A stretch of DNA of 63,172 nucleotides, the filler included, from Welwitschia mirabilis (Eukaryota): NCBI GenBank assembly GCA_051453625.1. It is 7 parts of one record of this genome, joined end to end, with 100 filler letters (N's around TTAATTAATTAA, not from the genome) between each part and the next. Parts side by side here need not be neighbours in the genome. Positions count along the whole stretch, not along the records: positions 40,026 to 52,372 come from JBOZIK010000001.1; positions 52,473 to 56,349 come from JBOZIK010000001.1; positions 56,450 to 63,172 come from JBOZIK010000001.1; 4 more parts are not named here. One strand, written 5' to 3'. The notes below the pieces were generated by a model that saw only the letters and a program-made list of their open reading frames with translations, had not been told where the DNA came from and did not search any database. The position numbers and the translations under genes are program-made. Below are positions 49,844 through 61,859 of this stretch, one piece after another; position 1 is the stretch's first letter, and each line of letters starts with the position of its first letter.

Positions 49844-52372
49844 TGTCATAGTGTGTATTTATGCAAGTGTTTATATTCAAAGGGATTCTATCATTCATAA
49901 AATAAGATATAATTCTCACATAATACAATGCACTAGTATGAGTGGGAGTTAACCTGAAATGTTGTATTCTCATTGAATACTATGAGATGAGACTTGAATT
50001 ACCTTTTATAAAGAAAATAGAAACTAGGATTAAAGAATAATGTAAGAAAATAAATATGCAATGCAAATGAAAATTTAGTTTAATGTAAATGCAAATGCAA
50101 ATGATCCTAAACTACTTTCTTTCAGCCTCAACGGAAGCTGCCCTTAATGATCTACATCACCTAAGAAATTGTTATTAGATTAAGGGTAACATAAATCATA
50201 AGGGTCATTTAAGAACTAATATGCATAAANNNNNNNNNNATTATATTAAAGAAGTAACAACATCTAGGTTACAAAATAGCCAACTTCAATGAAGGAAGTA
50301 TAGCCCTCTACTAAAGAAACACCTTTCTGTGACATTCGAGATGGATTTCATGTCCTTTGATCTCCTGTCACGAGAATTTTTGGTAGGATTTATTTATACG
50401 AAAATGTAGCAGAAAAAGAAAAATAAAAGATATAGCAAGATGTGCTAATTTACAAATAAGAAATGGATGAAACGGTCAATGTTGTCCTAACGGTCATCTG
50501 AACACTGATGGAGATGACATATCATTACAAAAGGTGATTTAACATTTAACTCAGTAGATGATTCAATAGTCCACCTCAGCATCTAATGCTTCCATCATTC
50601 TACATCTCGTCTAGGCGACAAAGGGAATAATGGTCTTCTTTAATTACTTTATTAAAGAGAAAGTAGCATTTCTATTAGTAATAATCATTCAAATCTCTAT
50701 GCATTAGAATGTTCCTTAAATACATCAAATCTAGGTAATATTTGCATATTTCCAAGATATTATATTAAATCTCAAAAATCCTTAGAATTACACTTAAACC
50801 TGTATAAATGTCTTATAAAATAGCTCATAAAACCCCATTAAATAATCAGAAATTAGTAGGCAACATAGACCTTCACTTAGCCTTTGTCAGTCCTTAACAA
50901 GAACTAGGNNNNNNNNNNNNNNNNNNNNNNNNNNNNNNNNNNNNNNNNNNNNNNNNNNNNNNNNNNNNNNNNNNNNNNNNNNNNNNNNNNNNNNNNNNNN
51001 NNNNNNNNTATTAAATAAGTAACACCATTTAGGTTACAAACTAGCCAACTTCAATGAAGGATGCATAGCCCTCTACTAAAGAAACATCTTTCTGCAACAT
51101 TAGAGATGGATTTCCTGCCCTTTGATCTTCTATCATGAGAATTTTTGGGAGGATTTATTTATAGGAAAATGTAGTAGAAAAAGACAAATAAAAGGTATAG
51201 TAAGATGTGCTAATTAACAAATCAGAAATGGATGAAACGGTCAAGGGNNNNNNNNNNNNNNNNNNNNNNNNNNNNNNNNNNNNNNNNNNNNNNNNNNNNN
51301 NNNNNNNNNNNNNNNNNNNNNNNNNNNNNNNNNNNNNNNNNNNNNNNNNNNNNNNNNNNNNNNNNNNNNNNNNNNNNNNNNNNNNNNNNNNNNNNNNNNN
51401 NNNNNNNNNNNNNNNNNNNNNNNNNNNNNNNNNNNNNNNNNNNNNNNNNNNNNNNNNNNNNNNNNNNNNNNNNNNNNNNNNNNNNNNNNNNNNNNNNNNN
51501 NNNNNNNNNNNNNNNNNNNNNNNNNNNNNNNNNNNNNNNNNNNNNNNNNNNNNNNNNNNNNNNNNNNNNNNNNNNNNNNNNNNNNNNNNNNNNNNNNNNN
51601 NNNNNNNNNNNNNNNNNNNNNNNNNNNNNNNNNNNNNNNNNNNNNNNNNNNNNNNNNNNNNNNNNNNNNNNNNNNNNNNNNNNNNNNNNNNNNNNNNNNN
51701 NNNNNNNNNNNNNNNNNNNNNNNNNNNNNNNNNNNNNNNNNNNNNNNNNNNNNNNNNNNNNNNNNNNNNNNNNNNNNNNNNNNNNNNNNNNNNNNNNNNN
51801 NNNNNNNNNNNGAATGGAAATTTAAATTTTTATCTCATAAAAGATCTAAAATAACTTAAAAATATTTGAAAATGAGCCATAAAAATGGGTTCTCTACTCT
51901 CCCTAAAGAAAAATAATACATCCCATATTGGAAAATAAAGCAAAGAAAGTAGATGGAAGTGAGAAGGCAAATAAGGAATGTTTGGAGTTTGGACAACTTT
52001 CTAAACTAAATGCAAAGTTGAGTAATGTCAGATTTGAAAANNNNNNNNNNNNNNNNNNNNNNNNNNNNNNNNNNNNNNNNNNNNNNNNNNNNNNNNNNNN
52101 NNNNNNNNNNNNNNNNNNNNNNNNNNNNNNNNNNNNNNNNACTTTCTAAACTAAATGCAAAGTTGAGTAATGTCAGATTTGAAAAATATAGACATATGAA
52201 ATATTTTGATAAGTAAAAAAAGAAAAGTGTGGACAATGAAATGTTTCTCATAGAAATGATTAAGAGTGATGCTTACAAAACCAAAAATCTGAAAATAAAC
52301 ATCATAAAATTTATTAAAAAAACTTAACTAGCCAAGAAATCAATAGTTGTTAAAAACTAAACAAGAAAAGCA
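49844..52372 (-). mobile_element. C-family-like element: 3' LTR (49844-50865), PPT (50866-50880) and 3' internal region, abutting the copia relic
   Basis: Termini tgtcatagtgtg...ggcaaca; reverse-complement PPT ctaagtgaaggtcta; 51885-51930 resembles 25941-25985. Confidence 0.75.
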
Positions 52373-52472
52373 NNNNNNNNNNNNNNNNNNNNNNNNNNNN
52401 NNNNNNNNNNNNNNNNTTAATTAATTAANNNNNNNNNNNNNNNNNNNNNNNNNNNNNNNNNNNNNNNNNNNN
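52373..52472. other. Artificial assembly linker
   Basis: TTAATTAATTAA at 52417-52428 between 44-N runs. Confidence 0.97.
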
Positions 52473-53600
52473 GACATAGATCCATTTCCTAAATCTATGC
52501 ATCTCTCAATTGGAATAATAATTTTAAGAGATATAAAGTAATGTGTTACTCCATAATCAAATAAAATAATTAATTCTTCATTATTAAATAAAGCCTTACC
52601 TTTTATAATAGATCTTTGAAATTGTACCCCTTCACTGTCTACTACTGCTAGAAGTCATCTTATTGTTTTGAGGAATAATTTTGATTCTTAAGGCTGTTCT
52701 ACTTATTATCTAGAAAGGTCTTTATAATGTGATGAACATTCTTTTATATTATGATTTTTCTTACAATTATAGTAGTGATATCTATTATACTAGTTCTGGT
52801 ATTAATACTAACTAGAAGTTTAATAGAAGTTGGATCTATGAGGTTGATTATTTGGATAGCTTTGACTAAGAATATTCCAATTTCTTTTAAATGAAGTCTA
52901 CCTTGGTTGATTAAAATTCTTATTTTTACTATTATTACTAATGATACCATACTTGTTGAAGTGCCAGTTCTTTTTTGATATGACATTTGTATTTCATTTT
53001 CCTTTAAGGATATTTTCCCCTGGAGGAATTCTTTTCTTAATTTCTTGTTGTCTCTACCAGTTTTGTTCTGCTATATTTTCCTTTTCTATAGCCTTTGCTA
53101 GATACTCAAGTTAAAACATGGATACTTTGGTAGTAACAGAAGGGAGAAGACTATCAATAAAGAGATTTACTTTAGCTTTTTTATCTAGATACATATGTGA
53201 TACATATCTTAATAATTTTACAAATTTACACTTATATGAGATGCTATGGTTACATTATGGACTTCTCTTAAATTGTAGAATCCTATGACATTCTAGCGAA
53301 TATAGAACCTGGTTATGTACCTCTCCTTAAAGATGTGCTCAAATTCCATTCATCAAAGTTCTAGATCTCCTAACTTGGTCTATTTTCCACCATATATTAT
53401 CTTCCCTTTGTAACATATAAATAGCTAAGGAATCCTTTTCATATTCATCACATCCTAAGGTACCTATAACTTTTTCAACATCACTTAGCAATGCTTCTAC
53501 TTCAGAATAATCTAAACTTCCTACAAACTTTAATAAATTTAGCTTAATGAAGATTTAAATTAATTTTCTCATACTGACTTCCTTAGGTTGATGGATATAA
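52473..53600 (-). pseudogene. gag: Tekay/Del gag and start of protease
   Basis: FVGSLDYSEVEALLSDVEKVIGTLGCDEYEKDSLAIYMLQREDNIWWK; LFDYGVTHYFI (~52533-52565) resembles LFDSGATHSFI. Confidence 0.8.
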
Positions 53601-55445
53601 TCGTTTNNNNNNNNNNNNNNNNNNNNNNNNNNNNNNNNNNNNNNNNNNNNNNNNNNNNNNNNNNNNNNNNNNNNNNNNNNNNNNNNNNNNNNNNNNNNNN
53701 NNNNNNNNNNNNNNNNNNNNNNNNNNNNNNNNNNNNNNNNNNNNNNNNNNNNNNNNNNNNNNNNNNNNNNNNNNNNNNNNNNNNNNNNNNNNNNNNNNNN
53801 NNNNNNNNNNNNNNNNNNNNNNNNNNNNNNNNNNNNNNNNNNNNNNNNNNNNNNNNNNNNNNNNNNNNNNNNNNNNNNNNNNNNNNNNNNNNNNNNNNNN
53901 NNNNNNNNNNNNNNNNNNNNNNNNNNNNNNNNNNNNNNNNNNNNNNNNNNNNNNNNNNNNNNNNNNNNNNNNNNNNNNNNNNNNNNNNNNNNNNNNNNNN
54001 NNNNNNNNNNNNNNNNNNTAGAATGAATAAGTTGTATGGATATTTCATTACTTCTAAGGTTTTCTGATTATAAGATATTATTTATGCATTTATATATTTT
54101 TTTACAATAGGTTAAGCTCTTTATGGAATCATATATGGTCACTCTCCTAAATTATTAAGATAATTGGAATTCTTCTAAGTGATTATCATCTGTAGCTATA
54201 AGCTAATAAAGTCTTTAATAACTTAAATTCATCATTTCTTTTTAATTTATTTATGGATTTAAAATTATCATAAATATGATTAGCATAATGATCATCTAGG
54301 GGTTGGGATCTATAGTTAACCTTATGAATACTTTGAAGCTATCAAAAATATAATTAACTTTTACGATTATTCTGGTGCTAAGAATATGATTAGTGTAATA
54401 TTTGTATTTATTGGAATTAATATAAATATAATTTGGTATATATTTTAGATAGTAGGTAAATTATAGGTATAATGAAATTCCTGAGTATTAGAAGATATGA
54501 TTAAATTCATGCTTACCTAGGAGTTAAAGTTATCTTGGAATCTAATATTATTAAGAATATAATTAATGTTACTCATGGTTTAAGATTATTAGGGATATAA
54601 CCAACTTTATAGCTATCAGGAATTAAAGTTATTATGGTTACCACTAACTTTATAATTATTAAGAAGAAAGGTTGTTAAAATTGTAATTGGATTTATATTC
54701 TATAAATTTACAAGTGCTTAACATAAGTATTTTTAAATTAATCTAGAGCTCTAATACCAATTTGTGAGACCCTTNNNNNNNNNNNNNNNNNNNNNNNNNN
54801 NNNNNNNNNNNNNNNNNNNNNNNNNNNNNNNNNNNNNNNNNNNNNNNNNNNNNNNNNNNNNNNNNNNNNNNNNNNNNNNNNNNNNNNNNNNNNNNNNNNN
54901 NNNNNNNNNNNNNNNNNNNNNNNNNNNNNNNNNNNNNNNNNNNNNNNNNNNNNNNNNNNNNNNNNNNNNNNNNNNNNNNNNNNNNNNNNNNNNNNNNNNN
55001 NNNNNNNNNNNNNNNNNNNNNNNNNNNNNNNNNNNNNNNNNNNNNNNNNNNNNNNNNNNNNNNNNNNNNNNNNNNNNNNNNNNNNNNNNNNNNNNNNNNN
55101 NNNNNNNNNNNNNNNNNNNNNNNNNNNNNNNNNNNNNNNNNNNNNNNNNNNNNNNNNNNNNNNNNNNNNNNNNNNNNNNNNNNNNNNNNNNNNNNNNNNN
55201 NNNNNNNNNNNNNNNNNNNNNNNNNNNNNNNNNNNNNNNNNNNNNNNNNNNNNNNNNNNNNNNNNNNNNNNNNNNNNNNNNNNNNNNNNNNNNNNNNNNN
55301 NNNNNNNNNNNNNNNNNNNNNNNNNNNNNNNNNNNNNNNNNNNNNNNNNNNNNNNNNNNNNNNNNNNNNNNNNNNNNNNNNNNNNNNNNNNNNNNNNNNN
55401 NNNNNNNNNNNNNNNNNNNNNNNNNNATTTTTAAATTAATCTAGA

Positions 55446-55457
55446 GCTCTAATACCA
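55446..55457 (-). promoter_or_regulatory. tRNA-iMet PBS of the Tekay element (duplicated at 54748-54759 across a gap)
   Basis: Reverse complement tggtattagagc vs TGGTATCAGAGC, 3 bp from the LTR edge tgtgagaccc at 55461. Confidence 0.85.
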
Positions 55458-56349
55458 ATTTGTGAGACCCTTCTTCATCTTATCTTGATTAAGCACTTTA
55501 TTTTTCCCTTGCTTTATTCTTTAATATTTTTTTCCTAATATACAAAATGGAATCTAGAACCAAATTTTACTTACTCCTTAATTATAATTTCTATATTCTA
55601 AGAAAGATAAATCATACTAACATCATATATTTACCTATAATTAATTTCTAGGTTATTTTAGTTTATAAAAAATAGTTATGTCATAAGTTTGTATCCATCA
55701 TTTCTTCCTAGTTTTTCATCACATAAAAAATATCGTGTAAATAGTTGAGGAGATGTAAATTTGTTATCAACATATATGGATAAATTTTAAGAATAATACC
55801 TAACCAATATAATAGGAGGGTGCAATTCCAATTAATGGAATTCCAACTCGATATCTGGCCACTCTTTGGATATGATTTGGTCCTATTTTAAGTTTTAAAC
55901 TATACAACCATATTTAAGCTCAACTCCATGGGCTTTCACTTTACCTTGATATACCCCTAATATAGGTGGTACGCAATACATAAGATGGATGCATGTTTAT
56001 AAATAATCCTCGCTTCCTTAAAGCATCTTGGGATGGTGCAACATGATGCATTGACGCTAAAGGCTTGAGATATTAAGTCATAGTAAGTTCATACATGGGT
56101 AGGATAGGTGATTGACAATCAAATCCATTTCCAGAATGGTATTATATAGGGAAAAAAATGTAATGCAACACACTTTGGTGATGAAATCCAAGTGTAGAGA
56201 TAAACATTATTAAAATTATCTTGATTTAGTTCTGTTCAATGAATACACCATCCAAATACATGTAAACAATTGTAACTAATGTGGATATTTAATAAATTAT
56301 TTACCTAGTTATAATAATTCTAATCATCATTTGGTTCATTTTATAGAAA

Positions 56350-56449
56350 NNNNNNNNNNNNNNNNNNNNNNNNNNNNNNNNNNNNNNNNNNNNTTAATTA
56401 ATTAANNNNNNNNNNNNNNNNNNNNNNNNNNNNNNNNNNNNNNNNNNNN
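56350..56449. other. Artificial assembly linker
   Basis: TTAATTAATTAA at 56394-56405 between 44-N runs. Confidence 0.97.
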
Positions 56450-56643
56450 GCGTGTGTAACACAACATTTTAAAAAGAAAAAGAAATAACTAGTTTTAGGA
56501 ATTTAATGGATATTATTAGTAGAAATGACTATGATGAAGCAAAATAGAAAGTGTGCACCAAACAAGCAATTTATATTGGTTCAGGAAGGGGAGGGGTTGT
56601 GTGTTGAAGAAGGAAGGAACTTTACAAATATTTCTTCTTGAGA

Positions 56644-56644
<1 letters not shown>

Positions 56645-56699
<55 letters not shown>
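56645..56699. repeat. (TG)~27 microsatellite in the SIRE 3' LTR
   Basis: Read directly; absent at the homologous 5' LTR position near 62950. Confidence 0.95.
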
Positions 56700-56701
<2 letters not shown>

Positions 56702-58022
56702 CAACATTTTAAAAAGAAAAAGAAATAACTAGTTTTAGGAAGGATATTATTAGTAGAAATGACTATGATGAAGCAAAATAGAAAGTGTGCACCAAACAAG
56801 CAATTTATATTGGTTTGGGAAACACCCCTACTCCACTTTTGATTGTCTGCTTCAACCTTTAGATGATTCGAATCTTTGTTCCTTTTTCCTCTAGGTTTCT
56901 AGGCCAACCTATAACCTTTATTGATTGGACTTTTCTAGGCTTAGTCTCAACCTTACAGATTAACACACTTGATGATGGAAGGATGCCTAAGTGCATTGGC
57001 TCACTAATACAATAGTGATGGGTTAAGCTGATTGGAGCAACACTTAATAAGTTCAAGATCTAGGAGTATAGGGATTTGAGTTGACTAGAAAGATATCAAA
57101 AGTATATTGTGTCTTCTTCAGAAGTGGTACAAAAAGTGTCTATTCATGACTTTATTTAACACCTCTTTTAATGATTTTGACATGATAATAACTACAAAGG
57201 TAGTGAGTAACATTTAGATAATGGCTCGAAAAATTAATTTTCCGCTTTGACCGGTCAACCCTTCGCTACATGTGGTTGACCTAATTAACTACTGTCACTT
57301 GGTCTGGTTGATCTATGGTTTTATTCGGTTGACCTGATAGTGATCGGCTTCACAGATTGGTCAACCCCTTTGAAGACCCTGTTGATTGCCTTTGTTTAAG
57401 TTCAGTCAACCCCTCTCTAATCAACCCTTTTTAGGTACTTAATGATTCTTGGACTGAGAACCCAAGAAAGTCAGTAATGCTCGTTTGCCCCGCAAAGATT
57501 CATCAACCTATAGCTTTTGCAACATACTGACTAGAGATGATATGTTAGTTTGACCTCAATTTAGCAACTAAACAATCTTTCTCTTTGACATTGATAGTAA
57601 ACATTACATAGATAAGAAACAAATGATACCAATTAATGGAAGACCTCGCACACTCCCGTACCAATATGCCATATATGATAAGTAATAAACATGATATTTT
57701 AATTTATAAAGAGATAAACATTATCATTAGAGCACATTAACCACCAATAGGGAATAGTATGACAAGAATGGAAATAAAGTATTATAGTATTGATAAAAAT
57801 GTCTAGAGTATGTTTGATAGATCAGAGTCAACAACTGAGCATAAAAAAACCTACAACTAACAAACATTTGAGCACTAAATGACATAAAACAACAGACATG
57901 AAGCATGTGAACATTATATTTTCTCCCTTTTTCTACATCAATGACAAAAGAGAGAAACACAAAAAGAAGAACTAGTTAGATTCTTTTTCAAACTCCTCCT
58001 TTGACTCAGAGTCTACACAACA

Positions 58023-58286
58023 CTAGAGTGACCTAGTGAGAAGGGGAAATGTTATGCAACGAATGTCAAGAAAATAGGAAAGATCAAGGTCATAGAGAAG
58101 TCTTACTAGATTCCTTAACTCACGCAGCTCATGAAAGGCAATAGTTCTTTCTTGGCATACTAGCTTCTTTTCAAACTTGGCAGCAAAGCAGTTAATGTCT
58201 TCTTCTGACATGCCTTGATAGAAATATGAAGGGCCTTTAACACTAAGAACCTTTTGTCTGGATCTTGTAGGAAGACCCTCTGCCAT
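58023..58286 (-). pseudogene. Truncated SIRE extra (env-like) ORF
   Basis: MAEGLPTRSRQK...FEKKLVCQERTIAFHELREL...FLDIRCITFPLLTRSL lies between pol and the PPT cluster and resembles the ER.I...YP.LVREFY pattern. Confidence 0.6.
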
Positions 58287-58639
58287 TCTTGCAACGTGGC
58301 TCTCTGAGAAATTAGGAAGACTGAGGCAATAGATAAAAAATGAAAGTGACATGACATAGATCACTTTTATAATGCAGGTAAAATAGACGATTTTGGAACA
58401 AATTTTTGGGTCCACTACCTTTCTTCCACCCCATCTGATCGACCAAGTTCTTTTCAGGTTGACTCGTTAGAATGTGGATTGCATCTGTCTAGACCCAATC
58501 GATCCAAATTTGAGTCTAGCCCACCTGATTGTAGGCAGGTTGGACCTAATCCAAGTCTGGGCGTCTAGGTTAAAATCTGGTCGACCTAACTTCTTCAAGT
58601 TTATTCGACCACCCTATCTTCAGTTGGAGGACGGTGATA

Positions 58640-61200
58640 GAACCCTCAATTCTCATCAAAGATGAAAAAATTTGTTGATACTTAGGGGTTTTATAAAAAT
58701 ATCTGCTAGTTGTTGAATATAGTAGGATTCCTATCATACTTCTATATAGTTTTTGATCTACTAGTTTTCCTTGATTGTTCAGATTAANNNNNNNNNNNNN
58801 NNNNNNNNNNNNNNNNNNNNNNNNNNNNNNNNNNNNNNNNNNNNNNNNNNNNNNNNNNNNNNNNNNNNNNNNNNNNNNNNNNNNNNNATAGTTTTTGATC
58901 TGCTAGTTTTCCTTGATTGTTCAGATTAATTTTACATCATGTTAACATAGGAGTGGAGATGGATTTGGTATTCTTAAGGCTAAAGTCTTTAGCATACTTT
59001 GATTACGAGATAAAGATTCCTTGATTGGATTGTGTAATTTGCAGTCCAAAAAACATACTTACTTCTCTTAGCATGCTCATCTTGAAGTGTTTCTTTATGA
59101 TATTAACAAATTCTTTTGTTAGCTCTTCTTTTAAGGCCCCAAAAATTATGTTATCGACATATATTCAAATAATTATGAAGTCTTTTCAAATTTCTTCATA
59201 AATAGAGTTTTATCTATAGATTCCCAATTATCTATCTTCAAGAAAGGTTGTTTTCATACCAAGCTCAAGGAGCCTGTTTTAACCTGTATAAAGCTTTTTT
59301 AAGTTTATAAATGTGGTTTGGTTTGTGAGGATCCATAAAGCCTCTAGGTTGTTCTAAATAAGTTTCTTCATTAAGAATACGATTCAAGAAGGCACTTTTT
59401 ACATCTAGTTGGAAGACTTTAAAATTTTTGAAGGGTGCAAATGAAAGAAACATTCTTATACCATTTAACTTGACCACTAGAGCAAAAGTACCTCTGGCAT
59501 TGATTCTTTCTATCTGATTGTAACCTTGAGCCACTAATCTTGCCTTGTTTTTGATCACATTGTTGTGCTTATCACATTTATTTTTAAAGATCCACTTTGT
59601 TCCAATCACATTTCAATCTTTTAGGTCTTTCAACCAGCTTCCAAACATCATTTCTTTTAAACTACAGTAATTCATCTGGCATTGCTATCATCCATTCTTT
59701 ATGAGTTTTAGCCTCTTCACAGTTCTTGGATCCAACATAAGACACAACAAACATGAGCTCAAAATTTTTTAAAGGAGTGCCTAGTGTGCATCCTTGAATG
59801 TACATCCCCAATGACTGATTCAAGAGAATGATCCTTTAATTCTTGAAGATGTTTTGCATTTGTTTCTTGCTTTGCTTTGTTATCCTTCCTTCTTGAATAT
59901 ACCTTATTATATGTGGAATTATGTAAAGGATTTTCTTCATCACTTGTACGCAAAGGTTTAAGGTTAGTGTCATCAATTTGAAGATTTATAGATTCTTCTA
60001 CTAATGGGCTTCATTTGTTGAAAACTCTATAGGCTCTACTTATGGTGGAATGTCCAAGAAAAATTGCTTTATCTACTTTGGATGGAAATTTGCTTAAGTT
60101 TTCTCTATTCTTTAATAGGAAATATTTACTTCCAAAGACTTTAAAATAGGATACATTTGGTTTTCTACCTTTTCAAAGCTCATAGAGAGCTTCATCCATA
60201 CTTGATTGAAGATAGATTTTGTGGATTATGTAACATGTAGTACTCATTGCTTTAGCCGAAAAGGTTTTTGGAACTTCCTTGATGTTGAGCATTGTTCTTG
60301 CCATTTCTTGAAGAACTCTGTTTTTCCTTTCAGCTACAAGATTTTGTTGTTATGTCTTTAGTGCTGATTCATGCTCAATCTTATTATTGACACAATACTT
60401 TTCAAAATAATGATTTTTGAATTTACCTCCATGATTACGTCTAATACATTTAATAGAATATCCCTTTTTGTTTTGAATTTAATTGCATATCTCAACAAAT
60501 CTTTTGAAGGCTTCTGCTTTTATTTTTCCTAAAAAGGCAATCCAAGTAAATTTAGAGTAGTCATCAATCATGACCAAAAAATATTGTTTTCCTACTAAGC
60601 TCTTGGTTTGAAAGGGACCTACCAACTCCATATGAATAAGTTTAAGAGGCATGGACGTGGAGACTAAGTTTTTGCTCTTATGAGAGGTTTTAATTTGCTT
60701 TTCTTTTGGGCAGGAATCACAAAATCCATGTTGACCAACACTAATTTTAGGAATCTATTTTACACCTTTTCGATAAGAGTATTAAGTTGATTATAATTCA
60801 TATGTCCTAAGTATTGGTGCCATAGTTCTTCCAAGTTAGCTTGCGAAAAGTAGCAAATGGAGGAGAGTTATTCTATACTGTAAACATTATCTATCTTCTT
60901 TGCTTTGATGAGAACCTCATTATTTTATGATGTCTAACTTTACATTTTTGACTATGGATTTAGCTTATACTAAACAAGTTGTGTTTCAGGCCATTAACAT
61001 ATTAAACTTTATTGATTTTTGGCATGTTACCTCCACTAATGCTTCCCACACCTTTAATATTTGCCTTTCCATTAGCACCAAAAGTTATCTCTTCCCCATC
61101 AAATTTATCCAGGCATTAAAATCTTGATTTGTCATATGACAAAAGTAACTGCTCTCCAAGTACGAGCAAGTTCCACTACTAGCCTTGAAAGCTGCTTGTA
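58640..61200 (-). pseudogene. pol: SIRE pol: protease, integrase, RT and RNase H tail, frameshifted and internally deleted
   Basis: YLESSYFCHMT, LWHQYLGHMN, LKLIHMELVGP, IGTKWIFKNK...NKARLVAQGYNQ...QLDVKSAFLN...KLKKALYRLKQAP, YRSMIGILLY, QLADIFIKPL. Confidence 0.92.
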
Positions 61201-61859
61201 TCAACAAACTTTTCAAGTTGTTAGCCTTTTACCCACTTAGTCCTTTTGGGCTATTGTCGTGTTGAATAGTTAGGTAATTCTGAAATTGCAAAACAATTTA
61301 GAGTGGTCTAATTTATCACAAAAATTATAGGTAATCTTTTAAATGAAGTTATTATTTAGCCATATTACCTAGTAAGAAGAAGTAGATGGTTTTGAGGAAA
61401 TGAATCCAATCCCTCTCCTATCATTGATTGACTTTACTATTTTTAGCATCTGTTCTAATTTGCTAGAGCTATTAGAAAACTAATTTAAAAAATAGGACAA
61501 ACTTCTTACCTCTTTTGCAAACCTTTATTCTTAATTTGGATTTCTTTGTGGGTGTGTTCTAATGCTCCATTTTGCTTATAGAGAGACTTTACAAACTTGA
61601 TTAGTTCATTTATTTACTTAGCCAGCTTCTCACATTATTTGTAAAATTCTTAGCACGTATATTCTAGTTGTTCTTCCCCTTCCTATATGATGTCTAGATA
61701 ATCTGATTCAATTGGATAGGGAATTTGATTAAAGGTTGAGACTATTGCCATGAAAGAGAGTCTTCTATCTCCTTATGATTTTTGACCAGAACCACTATAT
61801 TCTTTTTCTTCCAAGTTATCCCAAGTTGCAATTAAGGATGGTATTTTAGATCTTTTGAT

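Noticed and set aside
40026-50865. 40026-40607 and 49844-50865 as the two LTRs of one element
   Set aside because: For a minus-strand element the PPT-adjacent LTR must be on the left, but here it is on the right; the two are also strongly diverged.
630-55444. Long ORFs in the supplied track dominated by X
   Set aside because: They are N gaps read through without stops, not genes.
36892-56460. Joining the (GT)n contig end at 36958 to the TG start at 56450
   Set aside because: Only the microsatellite is shared; the sequence left of 36892 is not SIRE LTR.
56516-56799. His-Thr repeat ORFs
   Set aside because: Translations of the (TG)n microsatellite.
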